Assembly: GCA_030770535.1 (NCBI GenBank)
Contig: JASVEC010000025.1
Location: forward strand, 124,001-188,000
Origin: Batkoa obscura
Lineage: Eukaryota
DNA length: 64,000 nucleotides
Reading direction: 5' to 3'
The position numbers and the translations under genes are program-made. The notes beneath the pieces were generated by a model. That model had not been told where the DNA came from and searched no databases. It was given only the letters and a program-made list of their open reading frames with translations. Below, one piece after another: positions 24,077 through 37,119 of the stretch (its first letter is position 1; each line of letters opens with the position of its first letter).

Positions 24077-24210
24077 ATATAAAGTAAATAAATTTATTAA
24101 TTAAATAGTTAATAAATTAAATGTCAAAACTTTATACTTTTAAAAAATAATTAATAACATTAAAACATTTTTATTTTTAATTATATTTTGCATTTTTGTA
24201 TATATAATAT

Positions 24211-24307
24211 AAACGTATTTTTTTTGATTTCATCACTTTTTCCATTTTTTAAGCACTATTTAAGTGGAAAGGCTATCAGTAAGATTCTTGACAAAAAATA
24301 CATCCCC
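24211..24307 (+). mobile_element. MITE copy (diverged)
   Basis: Family consensus. Confidence 0.75.
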
Positions 24308-24576
24308 ACATAATAATAATAGAATAATGTTAATTTTATATTTTATTATGGTTTTTAATATTACTTATAAATAAATCGACATTATTTTAAAAAATAAATA
24401 ATATTTTATTAAAGTTACCATAGTAGTAGTCTTATGAATAAACAGGTCGTGTTCTTAATTTACTATTAAGTTTGAGTGGCTTAAACTAACAAATCAAAAT
24501 AACTCCTAAATCATTAAAAATGCCCCATAAAATTAAAAGGTTTACTTTTCTTCTAAAAAATAGCAGTAATAGTTAA

Positions 24577-27500
24577 ATGCCAGAAACTGAAAAAACGCCT
24601 TTGGTTTCCAAGGCAGCCGTAAGAAAGTATCGAAGTATTCAATCATCTTCTCGCAACAAACAGAAGGGAAGCTTGATGCGAAGTAGAACCGCTGCTGTCA
24701 ATAAAATTCAATACCGCAAACCAAAGACTTTTAACTCTTTTGATGATGATTCTTCTAGTACAAAATCAGTACCAATTAAAGAGAGTACCATCAGGGAGTT
24801 AGCGTATGAAAGCTGGAAAGAATCTGCTCATAAAGTTTTTGAAAACTGGGCAGATATGGGACAGAAACCTACTTTACGTCAACGACTTGCTTTTTATTTG
24901 GATACTTCTAATGTTGGAAGATACTGGGATCTCTTAGATTTTACTATCGGGCTCCTATTTGCTTCTATTTATATTTGGGTAATTAAATTTATGTTTATTC
25001 CACTTTGTTTTGACATTCTGTAGAATACTCAATATGCTAACCCAGATGGCAAAGATCAAGAAATTCCACCTTTATCTCATTTTACTGGATTATTTCTTGG
25101 ATTATTATTATTACTTCAATGGCTACCCAGGCTTTATGTTTCTTCGGATATCCTTGAAGAACTTGCGAAGCCTTTTTCTTTGCTTACCCTCATTTCAACC
25201 ATTCCACCAATTGTCATTTTAGCTTGTGATTATTTTATTACTAGCATTGATTTAACAAAAACCTATATGCTTAGTGGAGGTTTTGTAAGTATTTAATCTA
25301 ATGTTATCATTCTTTTTATATCTTGTTTTAGGCCTACTTGTATCCATTTCGTTTCATGAGGCTTCATTATTCTCTCGTTAAACTCCTTATTCCAGTTAAA
25401 AATTCATTCTTTAACTTATCCATGCTGGCTAAAAAAACCATACAGCTTTGTAATCTAATTCCTATTATTAATTAGTTGAAATTAACTTTTTTAGGCTCAA
25501 CCATTTTGGCTACCATTTTATTCACTACGTCTATTATTCATATTACAACGATTAAAGAATTGAAGCCAGAAGATTTAGCTTCAGATATACCAACCTTTTT
25601 TGACGTCTTCTTTTTCACAGCAGGTAAATAATTAATAAATGGGTATCGTATAGTTATTTAACTATTGAAAAAGTTAGTAGTACTTCTGGTTTTAGCTCAA
25701 AAATAGCAGCAAAGAACGTGATAACTAGACTTGTTATTCTTTATATAATGGTGGCTGGAGCTTTATTCTTACCTGGTAAGATCAGTGAACTCTTATCCAT
25801 TTTAAACAAGCGCTCAATTTATGATAAGCCTTTTGAAGCTGAGTCAAATGAACAACATATCCTTGTTGTTGGTGATTTTGATTTTAATTCCTTATTTGAG
25901 TTCTTGAGAGAATTTTTCTGCGAAGATCATGGTCTTCAAACTATGAATTCTACTATTGTTATTCTTAATCCTAAAGAGCCATCCGAAGAAATAATTGGAA
26001 TTCTTAACGACCCTGCATATCACTCTCGTGTTCAGTATGTAAAAGGGACACCGACTTCATTCCGTAGTTTAACCAAAGCACAAGCCTCTAGAGCCAAAGC
26101 ATGTTTCGTTCTTACTGACAAATTTTCCAAAAGTGATGATCATGACTCCGATGCAATTTCAGTAATGTTGGCTTTAGCAATTAAAAGGTTTAATAAGAAC
26201 ATCAAGCTTTATGCACAAGTCAGCCTTCCGGAAAATAAGCCTCATTTCAATCAATTAGCTCGTCAAGTAATTTGTGTCCAAGAGCTACGCTTTGGTATGA
26301 CTGCTCAGAATTTATTGAATCCTGGATTTTCTACCCTTTTATATTTACTTTCCACTTCATTAACTGAAACTACTTGTACCGAGCTTTCCTTATCTTTAAA
26401 ACTTAAGCCAGAGCTTAGTTGGTTAAAAGAGTATATCGATGGAGCTTCTCATGAAATTTATTCGATTAATTTTGCCAAATGTTTTATTGGGATGAAGTTT
26501 ATTGATGTTGCCGAAATGATTTATCGCTACTTTGGAATTACTCTATTCGCTATTGGCCTCTCTGGTCAAAAATCTAGCAGTACTTATAAGCGTAAAATTT
26601 ATTTAAACCCTCATTCCTATAAAATTGTTGGTACTGAAACTGGGTTCATTATGTCATCATCTGCTTATGATGCCAATCGAATTTCTAAACTAGGTGAAAA
26701 GGGAGCCCCATTTGATGAACATTCTTGCCTCTACTCTGAAGATATCAATTATTATTTCGAGGATGGCAAAAATACCACTAAATCTACTCCAAAATCTACC
26801 CCGAAATCTGCTGAAATTACTCCTGAAGCTGTAAAATCTGATAGTCCTATACAAACTCCAGTCCCATTAGAAAGAACTGAAACTAAAGCATCAGCTACTG
26901 AATCTATGGATAAAGTTAAAAAGAATTTAGTGCTTGACTCTGGTGACAACTCTGAGGACGAAACTAAAAAGGAAGTAGCTAACAATATTGCAGATCCTTT
27001 CTTTAACCTTGGCACTCCATTTGATAACGATATTAGTTCAGAAATTACAGAAGTGGGTAATCTTTCAGTTCAAGAAAGAAACATTGCTCAAGTTGTTTCT
27101 GAAATGATGAAAGAAAACAGTTATTTCGATGACCTTGGTGCAATTAATCATCTTTCTGGCCATGTAGTAGTTTGTGATAACTCTGATGTTTTCCCTAAAT
27201 CTATGGATTATTTTGTAGGCACCCTTCGTGGACCTCATTTAAGTCAACAAATACCAGTTGTTATTCTATCTAAGGCTGCACCAAATCCTCGTCAACGTTA
27301 CGTGTTGGAACAGTTTGGAGATGTATATTTTATTCAAGGCTCCGCTCTTTCTCGTAAGGTTCTTTTTTCAGCTGGGATATCTCGTGCCAAGAAAGCTGTT
27401 GTACTTTGTGATGATAAAGCCTCAGCTACCTCAAACCCTCGTACTGCCGATGCCTCTTCACTGTTGATTGTTTTAAATATAGAATCCATGGCTTTAGATC

Positions 27501-28078
27501 CTGATTTTTTCGTAGTTGTTGAATTCATTCATAGAGAGAATATGAAATTTGTTGGTGCTGGAGAAACTATTCCAGCTTCTGAAACTTATGCACAGGCCTT
27601 ATTGAGACCTTCTTTTATGGCTGGTCATGTCAATTCACCTTGTATGATGGAGCCGGTTATCTGTCAGACTTATTATGATGACTTTATTATTGATGTCCTT
27701 GACCGTTTAATTTTTGATCCCTATCTTGATTCATGGCGTAAAGTACAAGATGATTCCGTAGCTACACCATCCGTAAATGGCAAAGTTGAAGATATTCCTA
27801 TTACCCATGTTTTCACTTTAGAGTTACCTGAAATCTTTATTGGTAAGTTTAATATATAATTGTTTTACTATTTTTAATTAGTTCATTTAGATCGCCCTTA
27901 TTACCATTTAGTTTCTTGGTTAATGAAGTTTAAGGATTGCGTGCCATTAGGATTATACCGTACACGTATCCATCGTAACCGTCAAATCTCTTATGCTATT
28001 CCTAATCCTTCATCTCAACTTGTTCTTATGGAGAAAGATAAGATTTATATTATTGCAGAACAAAAACCAACCATTTAA
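24577..28078 (+). CDS. Slo/BK-like channel alpha subunit (TM domain plus two RCK domains), multi-exon
   Basis: Introns at about 24979-25023, 25285-25331, 25450-25494, 25624-25673, 27843-27890; S4 YPFRFMRL; RCK1 HILVVG..FLREFFCEDH..RVQYVKG..AKACFVL; RCK2 GHVVVC..DVYFIQGSAL; C-terminal PLGLYR. Confidence 0.85.
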
Positions 28079-28586
28079 TGATAGTTCAAGCATTGTTTTT
28101 ATTCTGAAATGTTAATTTCATTGAAACTATGTTATTATTTGGGTTTTATTTACCTAATTAAATGTTATCCCAATATTGGTTTCTTATTCAAATTTGTTTT
28201 TTAATTTTGGTTACATTTTTCAGCTTAACATTAATATTATAGCTAAATGTAATTGTAATGGAAAATATTACAAATTTGATTAAATGTTTAAATTTAAAAT
28301 TTAAATTTTTAGCTATGCATAAAATAAATTACATTAAAAACAAGTTCCTTCCAGCTAGAATAAAATCATATCATGAAAACCACTGTAGTACGCTTATTAT
28401 AGTAGCTCATGTATAATAAGTTTAATTTTCACTGCTTTGAGTCCATCATGGTACTCATAAATAGCTTTTGACGTCATAAACAAAGAATCCTTTATATAAA
28501 AAACCAATATACGCTTTAATAATTTTTTACTTTTTATAATTAATTCAACTAAAAATAAAATGCTAGAAATTAACAGAACCAAAGAG

Positions 28587-29357
28587 TTAAAGATGCCATT
28601 TCATAGCCATAGTGCTAATAATTGAGTTTAAAATCGCCGGGTCTTCATTTCCAATTTCATTTAACGAAGCTAAATTATAAACCTAAAACTATAAATAACT
28701 TGCTTATAATAATAATTTATTCAATACCTTTCTTAAAACTTTATAATCCGTTAACTTTTTAATCTCTATATCTATATCTTTGTTTTGAGTAGGAGTACTT
28801 TGAAAAACTGGGCTCAACATTTCTTCCATCTTTTGGTTGTTAATTAATTATTTTAAATAATTGTTAAATTTACCTGTTTTAAACTTAATTGATCCCTATT
28901 TTTGTCATTAACTTTGATGACTATTATAGGATGCGGTTTATCATTTAATCCAAAGAATTGAAAGCCTTCGTTTATCTATTTTATTTGTTTATCAAACTCT
29001 AACAAAACTTAATTTAAAAATACCTTTGTAGTAGGATTCAAACAATAAATAATTTCACTCTCAATGCTTCTAGTTTTCATTTTTTTAAAATTACAATTTC
29101 TTAATGCTCTATGGATAGCAGCTTTTAAATGGAATAAGTTGATTATCTTTTAATACTAGTTAGTATTACTCTTTATTGCTATATATTAACTCATGAGGTA
29201 ATTAAAAACATACCATATCCGCTCTCACTAAAACAAATGCAACCTCACTTTCCAATACCTTAGGTAATATCTCTTTTTTCCCTAGAGTTACATGATCATA
29301 AAGTAACACATTAGCCACCTTATTTTCTCCATTGATATCAAAATTTAAACTCAACAT
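28587..29357 (-). CDS. CGI121: KEOPS/EKC complex subunit Cgi121 (TPRKB), multi-exon
   Basis: Spliced translation contains LFHLKAAIHRAL..KMKTRSIESEIIYCLNP..INEGFQFFGL and ends IISTMAMK. Confidence 0.85.
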
Positions 29358-29561
29358 TCCAAAACAAGCTTTTTCGTTTTAAAGGGAATGAAAAAAATAA
29401 AATAAAAACTAGCCAATAAAATATTTCACTTCGACTTTATTAATTTCACCATTATCAAATTAAAAATAAAATAAAATAAAATAATATTTCGCTTAAGCTT
29501 TATGCTATAAAATGAACTAAAACAATTCTATTATACTATTAATAAATTCTATTTTTTGCTT

Positions 29562-30724
29562 CTATTTTTCGGTAATGAGTTCGCTATCAAACATTTCTCC
29601 TTCCACTGGGATCTCTCTTTCCAAAGTAGCAAGCTTAGAATCCTTGTGAATATCCAACCACATAATTGACATATCATTAAAAGCATTAGGCTCTTCTTTC
29701 AACTCGCTAAAAAGATTACAGCAAAGTAGATTTTCTTGATTAAGGTAATCCAAGTTAAGAACAATAAGTCAAATAAACAAAATCATATTATCAAAAAAAG
29801 GATATAGTTAATATAGCAGGCGCTACTTTTTTAAGTTTAGTTTGAGGATGGCTGTAATAATTAGAGTGTAATTTAATTTATTTATTTGAGCTTACTTTAG
29901 ATAATAATTTGTAAGGTCATTGCCGATAATATATACTTTTTTTAAAAGATTTACTTCCCAGTTTGAGGATAATACATTTTCATATAATAACATGGGACAA
30001 TGTGGCATGTAGAACAGAGTTCCTTCTTTTACCGCACGTTTTCCTTCCTTCCTTTATTAATCCAGTTTGCTCTATTTAGTAACCAATTACCTCATTTTTT
30101 TCTAGAATTTGAAATCCATAATCATTTAGGATTGTTTTTTCATCTTTAGTAAGGGGCAAAGGGTCATAATATTGTATACTATTTACTACCTAAAAATTGA
30201 ATTATCTTGTATTTGAGGTAGAAGTTTTAATACTTTAAATTCTTGTTTAATGCACAATAAAAAAGCTAGTTGCCAACGTGATAAGTTCGATTCTATTATT
30301 GAGCCAAGTCCATAACAAATTACATCCAATTTTAATAAATGTTCCTTTTTTATGACTTTAAATACTTTCTCTATTTTAACACCATGAGTATTATTATTAA
30401 TTCCTTTGTTTAAATACAATCATGTACCCTTACAATCTAACATAAAACCATTGTTTTCTCCTGTAATTAAATTTATCCTATTTAATGTAAATAGTTATAA
30501 CGTTTTGATTCCATTAAATCCAAATATTACCTTTTTTCTTCAATATCTCCTTTTAACCAAGTTACATCTCTGGGTTTATTAATACCGGCTTTATTCTTTC
30601 TTATATTTACAATAAAATCTCTATTATCTTCTAGTATATCTTCCTCTATTACTTGTCCCTTTTTCTTGTTCTTTCGATTCTTCTTATTTTCAATAAATTT
30701 ATATTTAAATCCTTTAGTTTCCAT
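29562..30724 (-). CDS. SRR1-domain protein (SRR1/Ber1-like), multi-exon
   Basis: ICYGLGS..SRWQLAFLL, YDP, LFYMPHCP..LYENVL..NW, IIGN, NAFND. Confidence 0.85.
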
Positions 30725-30852
30725 GATTATTGTAAACTATTGATAACAGTGAAATAACTATTTAAAAAAAACTAATAGCTTTAAAAAGTCAATTTTTATT
30801 CTTTTAAACTTCAATAATTTAAAAATAGTTTATTTTTGAACAATTCTTTTTA

Positions 30853-32543
30853 ATGGCAAGCATATATACATTAGAACCACCAACGAGGTAATCCTATATA
30901 TAACTAATAAAATAAAGTAACCCAGCTTTCAAAGTGGTAAAGTAATCTTAATAACTTCTGTCGGGGATATCGAAGTAGAATTATGGTGTAAAGAGTGTCC
31001 ATTGGCATGTCGAAACTTTATACAATTATGTTTAGAAGGTTATTATGACAATACCATATTTCATAGGGTAGTGCCAGGCTTTATTGTCCAAGGTGGAGAT
31101 CCTTCAGGTTCTGGAAGTGGTAGGTCCACTTTAACTATAACTAGTAAAATAGAAATTAATATTTAGGTGGTATGTCAATCTATGGAGAAGCATTTAAAGA
31201 TGAGTTTCATTCAAGATTAAAGTTTAATCGAAGAGGTTTGTTGGCAATGGCAAACACTGGAGAAAAAAACGACAACAATTCCCAATTCTTTTTTACATTG
31301 GACAAAACACCGGAGTTACAATTAAAAAATACATTGTTCGGAAAGGTAAATTTAAATCAAATATTTTAGTTGAATTTGATTAACATGTAATTAGATAGAA
31401 GGTACAACTCTTTATAACATGCTAAAAATCGGGGAAGGGGAAGTAGAGGGGCCTGATGGTGACCAACCAGTTTATCCAGTTAAATTGATTTCAACCAAAG
31501 TTATTTTGAATCCATACGATGATTTGGTGTTAAGGGATGTATATAGAGAAGAAGTAAAAAGTGAGGCAAAAACAAAGAAGATAACAAAAAAGAAGAAAAG
31601 GTAAAACTAATTGATAAACTATTGAAAGTACTTACCTTTAATTATTATAGAAATATTAACCTTCTATCTTTTTCAGAAGATGTTGAGGAAACTGAAGAAG
31701 TAAATGGTGGAATGAAGTCTTCTCATGAGTTATTAACAAATGATCCAACATTATCAAAAGAAAAAGTTAAACTTGAAAAAGAAAGCTCGCGTATAACGAA
31801 GCAACCAAGAATCGAAACAGTTAAAGAAAGTAAGGTGTATTAATTAACTAATAACAATGATATTTATTTGTTAATCAAATAGCTGAAGTAAAGGAGGAGG
31901 AAACAGAAAATAAGGAAGTAAAGCGTAAAAATAAAATCGAACAAAGGAAAGAGGAAACAGAATTACAGATTGAAAAATTGAAAAGAGATATTAAAGGGTT
32001 AAATAATCCAAAGAGGAAAGAAGATACTAAAGAAGATAAGAAAAAAGAAATAAGTGGAAAAGAAACGCTTAAGCAAACTATTGAAATATATAAGAAAAAA
32101 AATCAAATTAAACTAAAAGATAAGAAAAAGAATTCCGAATTTGTAAGAACTAATAAGAATTTTATTTTATAATTAAATTGATTAAATCATTTTAGGTATT
32201 TGATAAATTGTTACAATTTCAAAATAAATTAAATGATATCCAACCAATAAAGGAAGATAAAGTTAAAGGAGAAGAAGAAGAACAATTATGTACATTACAT
32301 TCATTAGTTAATTGTGAATCATGTGAGGCCTTTGATAAAACATTTGAAAAAGGGATGCAAAAAGAAAAGACGATGAATGAATCTGGATGGTTAGCTCATA
32401 AATTAAGTTTTCCAATAGAGAAAAAAGTAGGTGGAGATAAATTTGATGATTATGAAGTCATTGATCCAAAGTTATTAGCTGCTGGGCCCATTGATAAGGA
32501 ATTGGAACGTAAAAAAAATTATGATAAAAAAGCGAAATATTAA
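30853..32543 (+). CDS. CWC27: Spliceosomal cyclophilin-type protein Cwc27, multi-exon
   Basis: MASIYTLEPPT, ELWCKECPLACRNFIQLCLEGYYDNTIFHR, DEFHSRLKFNRRGL, NLLSF, C-terminal CxLHxxxNCxSC and WLAHKLSF. Confidence 0.92.
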
Positions 32544-33213
32544 ATTAATATAAAATTGGTATATAATTACTTTTAATTATTTATTTGAATTATGATAAGA
32601 ATATTTTCTTTTTAAATAATATTTTTTACTAAGATTGATAACGAGAGAATGTAATGTAATATCAGGTTATATTTTTTTAATATATAAAAAAACATCTCAG
32701 TTTTAACCTTGATCATATTATTAATATATTAGATTATTGTAGTCTTAGTTTATAGATGAATTATATATATATCATTTAGTGAAAAAATTTATTGTAAATT
32801 AAATTTAATTGTGATAGCGCTTCATTAAGTTTTTTTCATATTTAATGTTAGTATAATAACTTGATTACACATTGTACTAATCTAATGTATTTAGTTTTTT
32901 TTATAAACTGTAAAAGCGATAGTAAAAGTAAAATAAAATAAAATAAAATAATTTTAATATGACTTGCTATGAGCATAAAATTTAAAGGACTAGATTATCT
33001 GAAGTTTTTTTAAATATTATTTAAATTATCATCAAATATTAAAAATTAAAAGGAATATTTATAAAACAAAAAATAAAGTTGGATATTAAAAATAATTTAA
33101 AATTTAACATACTAAAATAAAACCAAATGTTATATACAATTAATATTAAATTTCATACTATAATTAAAGTGATAATAAAATATTAATTTTTTATAGTTAT
33201 GATATTTTTATAT

Positions 33214-33311
33214 GGGATGTATTTTTGTGTTTAAGAATTTTACTAACAATCTTTCCACTCAAATAGCGCTTAAAAAATGGATAAAATAATGAAGCCAAAA
33301 AAAACATCACC
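33214..33311 (-). mobile_element. MITE copy in genic region
   Basis: Family consensus with atat flanks. Confidence 0.85.
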
Positions 33312-34062
33312 ATATGTTATTTAATACTAATAGATTTAATGAAATTCGTTAACTACAAGAAGCAAAGTTAGTTTTTAAACAAAATTTGAAATTGTTTTCA
33401 AATAAATATAAAAACAATTAATTCCAATTTAATATTTAATATATCGCTTTTTTCCCATATATCAATTGAAAGTGGTTTAATAGTTTTATTTTTTTATTGA
33501 AGATATATCAGGAAAACGTAGAAATAAAATATTTTAAATTGACCACATATTTACCCTAAGCTTTTAAAACTATTTTACGACTTTTAACCTAAGCAATTCG
33601 GATTATCTTATTTTTGGGATATTTTACAATTTTAATATTAAAAACCGGTATTTTTAAGTTAAATACATACCTGTTTTAATCTTTAAATAAATCAAAAGTT
33701 ATTTATATTACTATTATAATTATGTTAACTTTATAATATAATATAATTAATTTAATATTAATTTAAAATAAAAATTGTTGAAACTCAATTTATTTAAAAT
33801 GTAAAAGAATAAAAAAATAACGTCATCAAAAAGAACAATTTATACTTTAACAAATAGAAATCTTTGATTAGATCTGAAGTTTTAATTTGTTTTAGATCGT
33901 TTGATAGAATCAATCTCTCGATCTGGGTGGATTTAACTTAAAAAGTAATACAATCACAACTTGAATTTAATTTAGACGTAATCAAAAATATTACATTTTA
34001 AAACTATTTTTTTACCTTTTAATATTTTTTATAACTTTTATCAATTTGATATTATTTAAATC

Positions 34063-35400
34063 ATGTCCTATCTACTACGTAGTTTAAATAAAAGTTTATA
34101 TACTACTGGTAAGCTTTTATTGTACTATTTTAACTTGGTAAACATAAACTAACATCTCCTGTTACCTATTTTAGCCCCTCAAAGATGTTTTTCTAGAGCT
34201 TTAGCTACTACCTTAAACACCAATAGCCCTTCTTTAAAAGGGTAAGTCAACCTCATTTCTAATTTAACTTAAATATTAACACCTCCTTTTAGTCCCACTG
34301 GAGTGTTATTATTAAACTTAGGTGGTCCCTCTAATTTAGAAGAAGTGAATCCATTCCTTACCCGATTATTTTCAGATCCCGAATTGATTCCAATTCCCTT
34401 TCAAAAATATGCAGCACCATTAATAGCTAAAAGACGTACCCCACAGATCAAAGAACAATATGCTAAAATTGGCGGAGGTTCTCCCATTTTAAGTTGGACT
34501 GAAAAGCAGGGTAATGAAATGGTCAAGTTATTAGATCAATTATCACCAGAAACAGCTCCACATAAACCATATATTGCTTTCCGTTATGCACCCCCTTTGA
34601 CAGAAGATACATTGAAGCAGATTCAAAATGACGGCGTTAAAAGAGTCATCGCTTTCACTCAATACCCTCAATATTCTTGTTCTACCACGGGATCTTCAAT
34701 TACTGAATTGTATCGAAGAATTCAAGAATTTAATTTACAAGATAAAATTGAATGGAGTGTTATTGATCGTTGGCCCACTCATTCTGGTTTAATTGAAGCA
34801 TTTGCAGATCGAATTCAAAAAAAATTACTAGAATATTCGGAAGAAGATAGAAAGGAAGCCGTAATTCTGTTTTCAGCTCATTCTTTACCAATGAAAGTAG
34901 TTAACCGTGGTGATACTTATCCTGCAGAAGTTGGAGCTACGGTGAATAGAGTTATGAAAAAACTAAATTTTTCTCATCCTTATCGTTTGGTTTGGCAAAG
35001 TCAAGTGGGTCCTTCTACTTGGTTGGGTCCTCAAACGAATGATGTTATTCAAGAAATGGGCAAAAAGGGGCATAAAAATTTATTATTAGTACCTATTGCA
35101 TTTACTTCAGATCATATTGAAACTTTATTTGAATTAGATTTAGAATATGGTGAAGAAGCAATTCATAATGGGGTTACTGGTTTTAAAAGAGCTGAATCTT
35201 TAAATGATAGTCCCATTTTTATTAAAGCATTAGCTAATATTGTTAATGACCATATTAAAAATGGATTTCCATTTAGTAATCAGTTGGCTTTACGTTGTCC
35301 TGCTTGTACTAATGAACAATGTCATTTATCAAAACAATTTTTTAAAAAAATTGCTCATCCTATTACTCCATCGAATCCTACTAAAGTTATTGAATTATAA
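34063..35400 (+). CDS. HEM15: Mitochondrial ferrochelatase
   Basis: LLNLGGP, IGGGSPI, AFRYAPP, QYPQYSCSTTGSS, LFSAHSLP, WQSQVGP, AFTSDHIETLFELD, C-terminal CPACxxxxC; two short 5' introns. Confidence 0.95.
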
Positions 35401-35500
35401 TATATATAAATATTCATTAAATTATTATTAAAGATTATTTAAATAAACAAATAAATATAACAAAATATAATACATATATTAAATTAAATAAATATGATAT

Positions 35501-35596
35501 GGGGATGTATTTTTTTGAATTTTACTAATGATGATCTTTTCGCTCAAACAACGCTTAAGAAGTGGAAAAAGTGATGAAATCAAAAAAAACATCTCC
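35501..35596 (-). mobile_element. MITE copy between convergent genes
   Basis: Family consensus, atat TSD. Confidence 0.8.
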
Positions 35597-35775
35597 ATAT
35601 ATTAACTAATTTAATTATTAATAGGTATAATATATGATAATAATAATAAATAATAATAATAATAAATAATAATAACAAATAATAAATAATAAATAATAAA
35701 TAATAAAATCAAACATTCACTTTTTTATAGTAATTAATATGTAAAAAATAAAATTAAAAAAATCGAAGAACTGAA

Positions 35776-36536
35776 TTAATAAGCTTCTTCATATAACTGT
35801 ATTAAATTGAGTTGGGCAGGAGATAGTTTTGGAAAAAAAGACAAGATATCCATTTCAGGATCTAATTGTTCTTTGACTGCTAAAACTAAAGAAAGAGCAT
35901 GATGTCTTACTTCGGTACTTAGATGCATAAACCCTGAGATAACTAAAGAATTTAAATCGGGTTGGATTAACTCCAAATCATTAGTAGTAGCCCTTATAAC
36001 TGCTTTTGTTAATACCATAAAACCAGAAGTAATAGGTATAGCTAAATTATCAAATTCAGGTAATCTACCTTTAGTAATTAATAAACCCGCTTGTAACCAT
36101 TTAATTGAGATTAGAAGACAACGATTTAAATCTAAATATTTAGAAAAAGCCATTAAGGCATCTTCTGAAGCACTGTCAATTTCACGAGGTGAATTTTTAC
36201 GACAATCAATTAAAATAGAAAATATTTCAGAAGCATAAGCGTTGGCTAGGGGAGCTTGATATGTTATCAAATTTTCTAATAACCTTATATAAGGCAATTT
36301 AAATTCCCAGGGCATGGAAGGGAATTGTAATGATCTTACTGTTATTTTGACTAATTTATCAAAATTATTTTCCATTTTCCATAATTCAATCCATTGAGGA
36401 TCTGAAGAGGATGGTGTCTCTTTTGAAAAATGATCTAATCTTAAAAAATCAGATGAAGAAGATTTACTATCTGGTCGTAATTTATCAATTAATTTGATTA
36501 ATAATTCTACTCTTTCATTAAAACTTTTTTCTATAA

Positions 36537-36596
<60 letters not shown>

Positions 36597-37086
36597 AAAT
36601 AAATAAATAAATAAATAAATAATAATATTATTATTATAACTTACCTTTCTTCTCCCCATCATTCTCCTTTGAATATTCCGTTGATACTTCTGAATTAGTA
36701 TCTTGATTTTTATCTCCATCATTTAATTTATTTTCAATTTCTTGATTTAATTCCAATTCAAACTTAACGTGTTTATCTTTAATTTCTTTGGGTTCATTAT
36801 TAATATTACTATTATTGTTTTCCTAATAAAAAAATACACCATATAAGTAAACACATTTTTATAATAATATACATCAACTTACTTCTTCTATCACATTCAA
36901 TTGTTTTTTATCCCCTTCCAATCTTGATTTATTTTTATTCCTATTTAATGGAAATTCTAAATTAGCGATACCACTAATATTTTCATATTCTGATGGCATT
37001 TCCATGGATGTACGACATCTCATTGGTGGAATAGATCTCATATTAATACTACTATTATTTCTACTTCCATTATTTCCATTACTATT

Positions 37087-37119
<33 letters not shown>

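Noticed and set aside
26752..27528. Antisense or alternate-frame ORFs within the channel gene
   Set aside because: Shadow ORFs of a real coding strand
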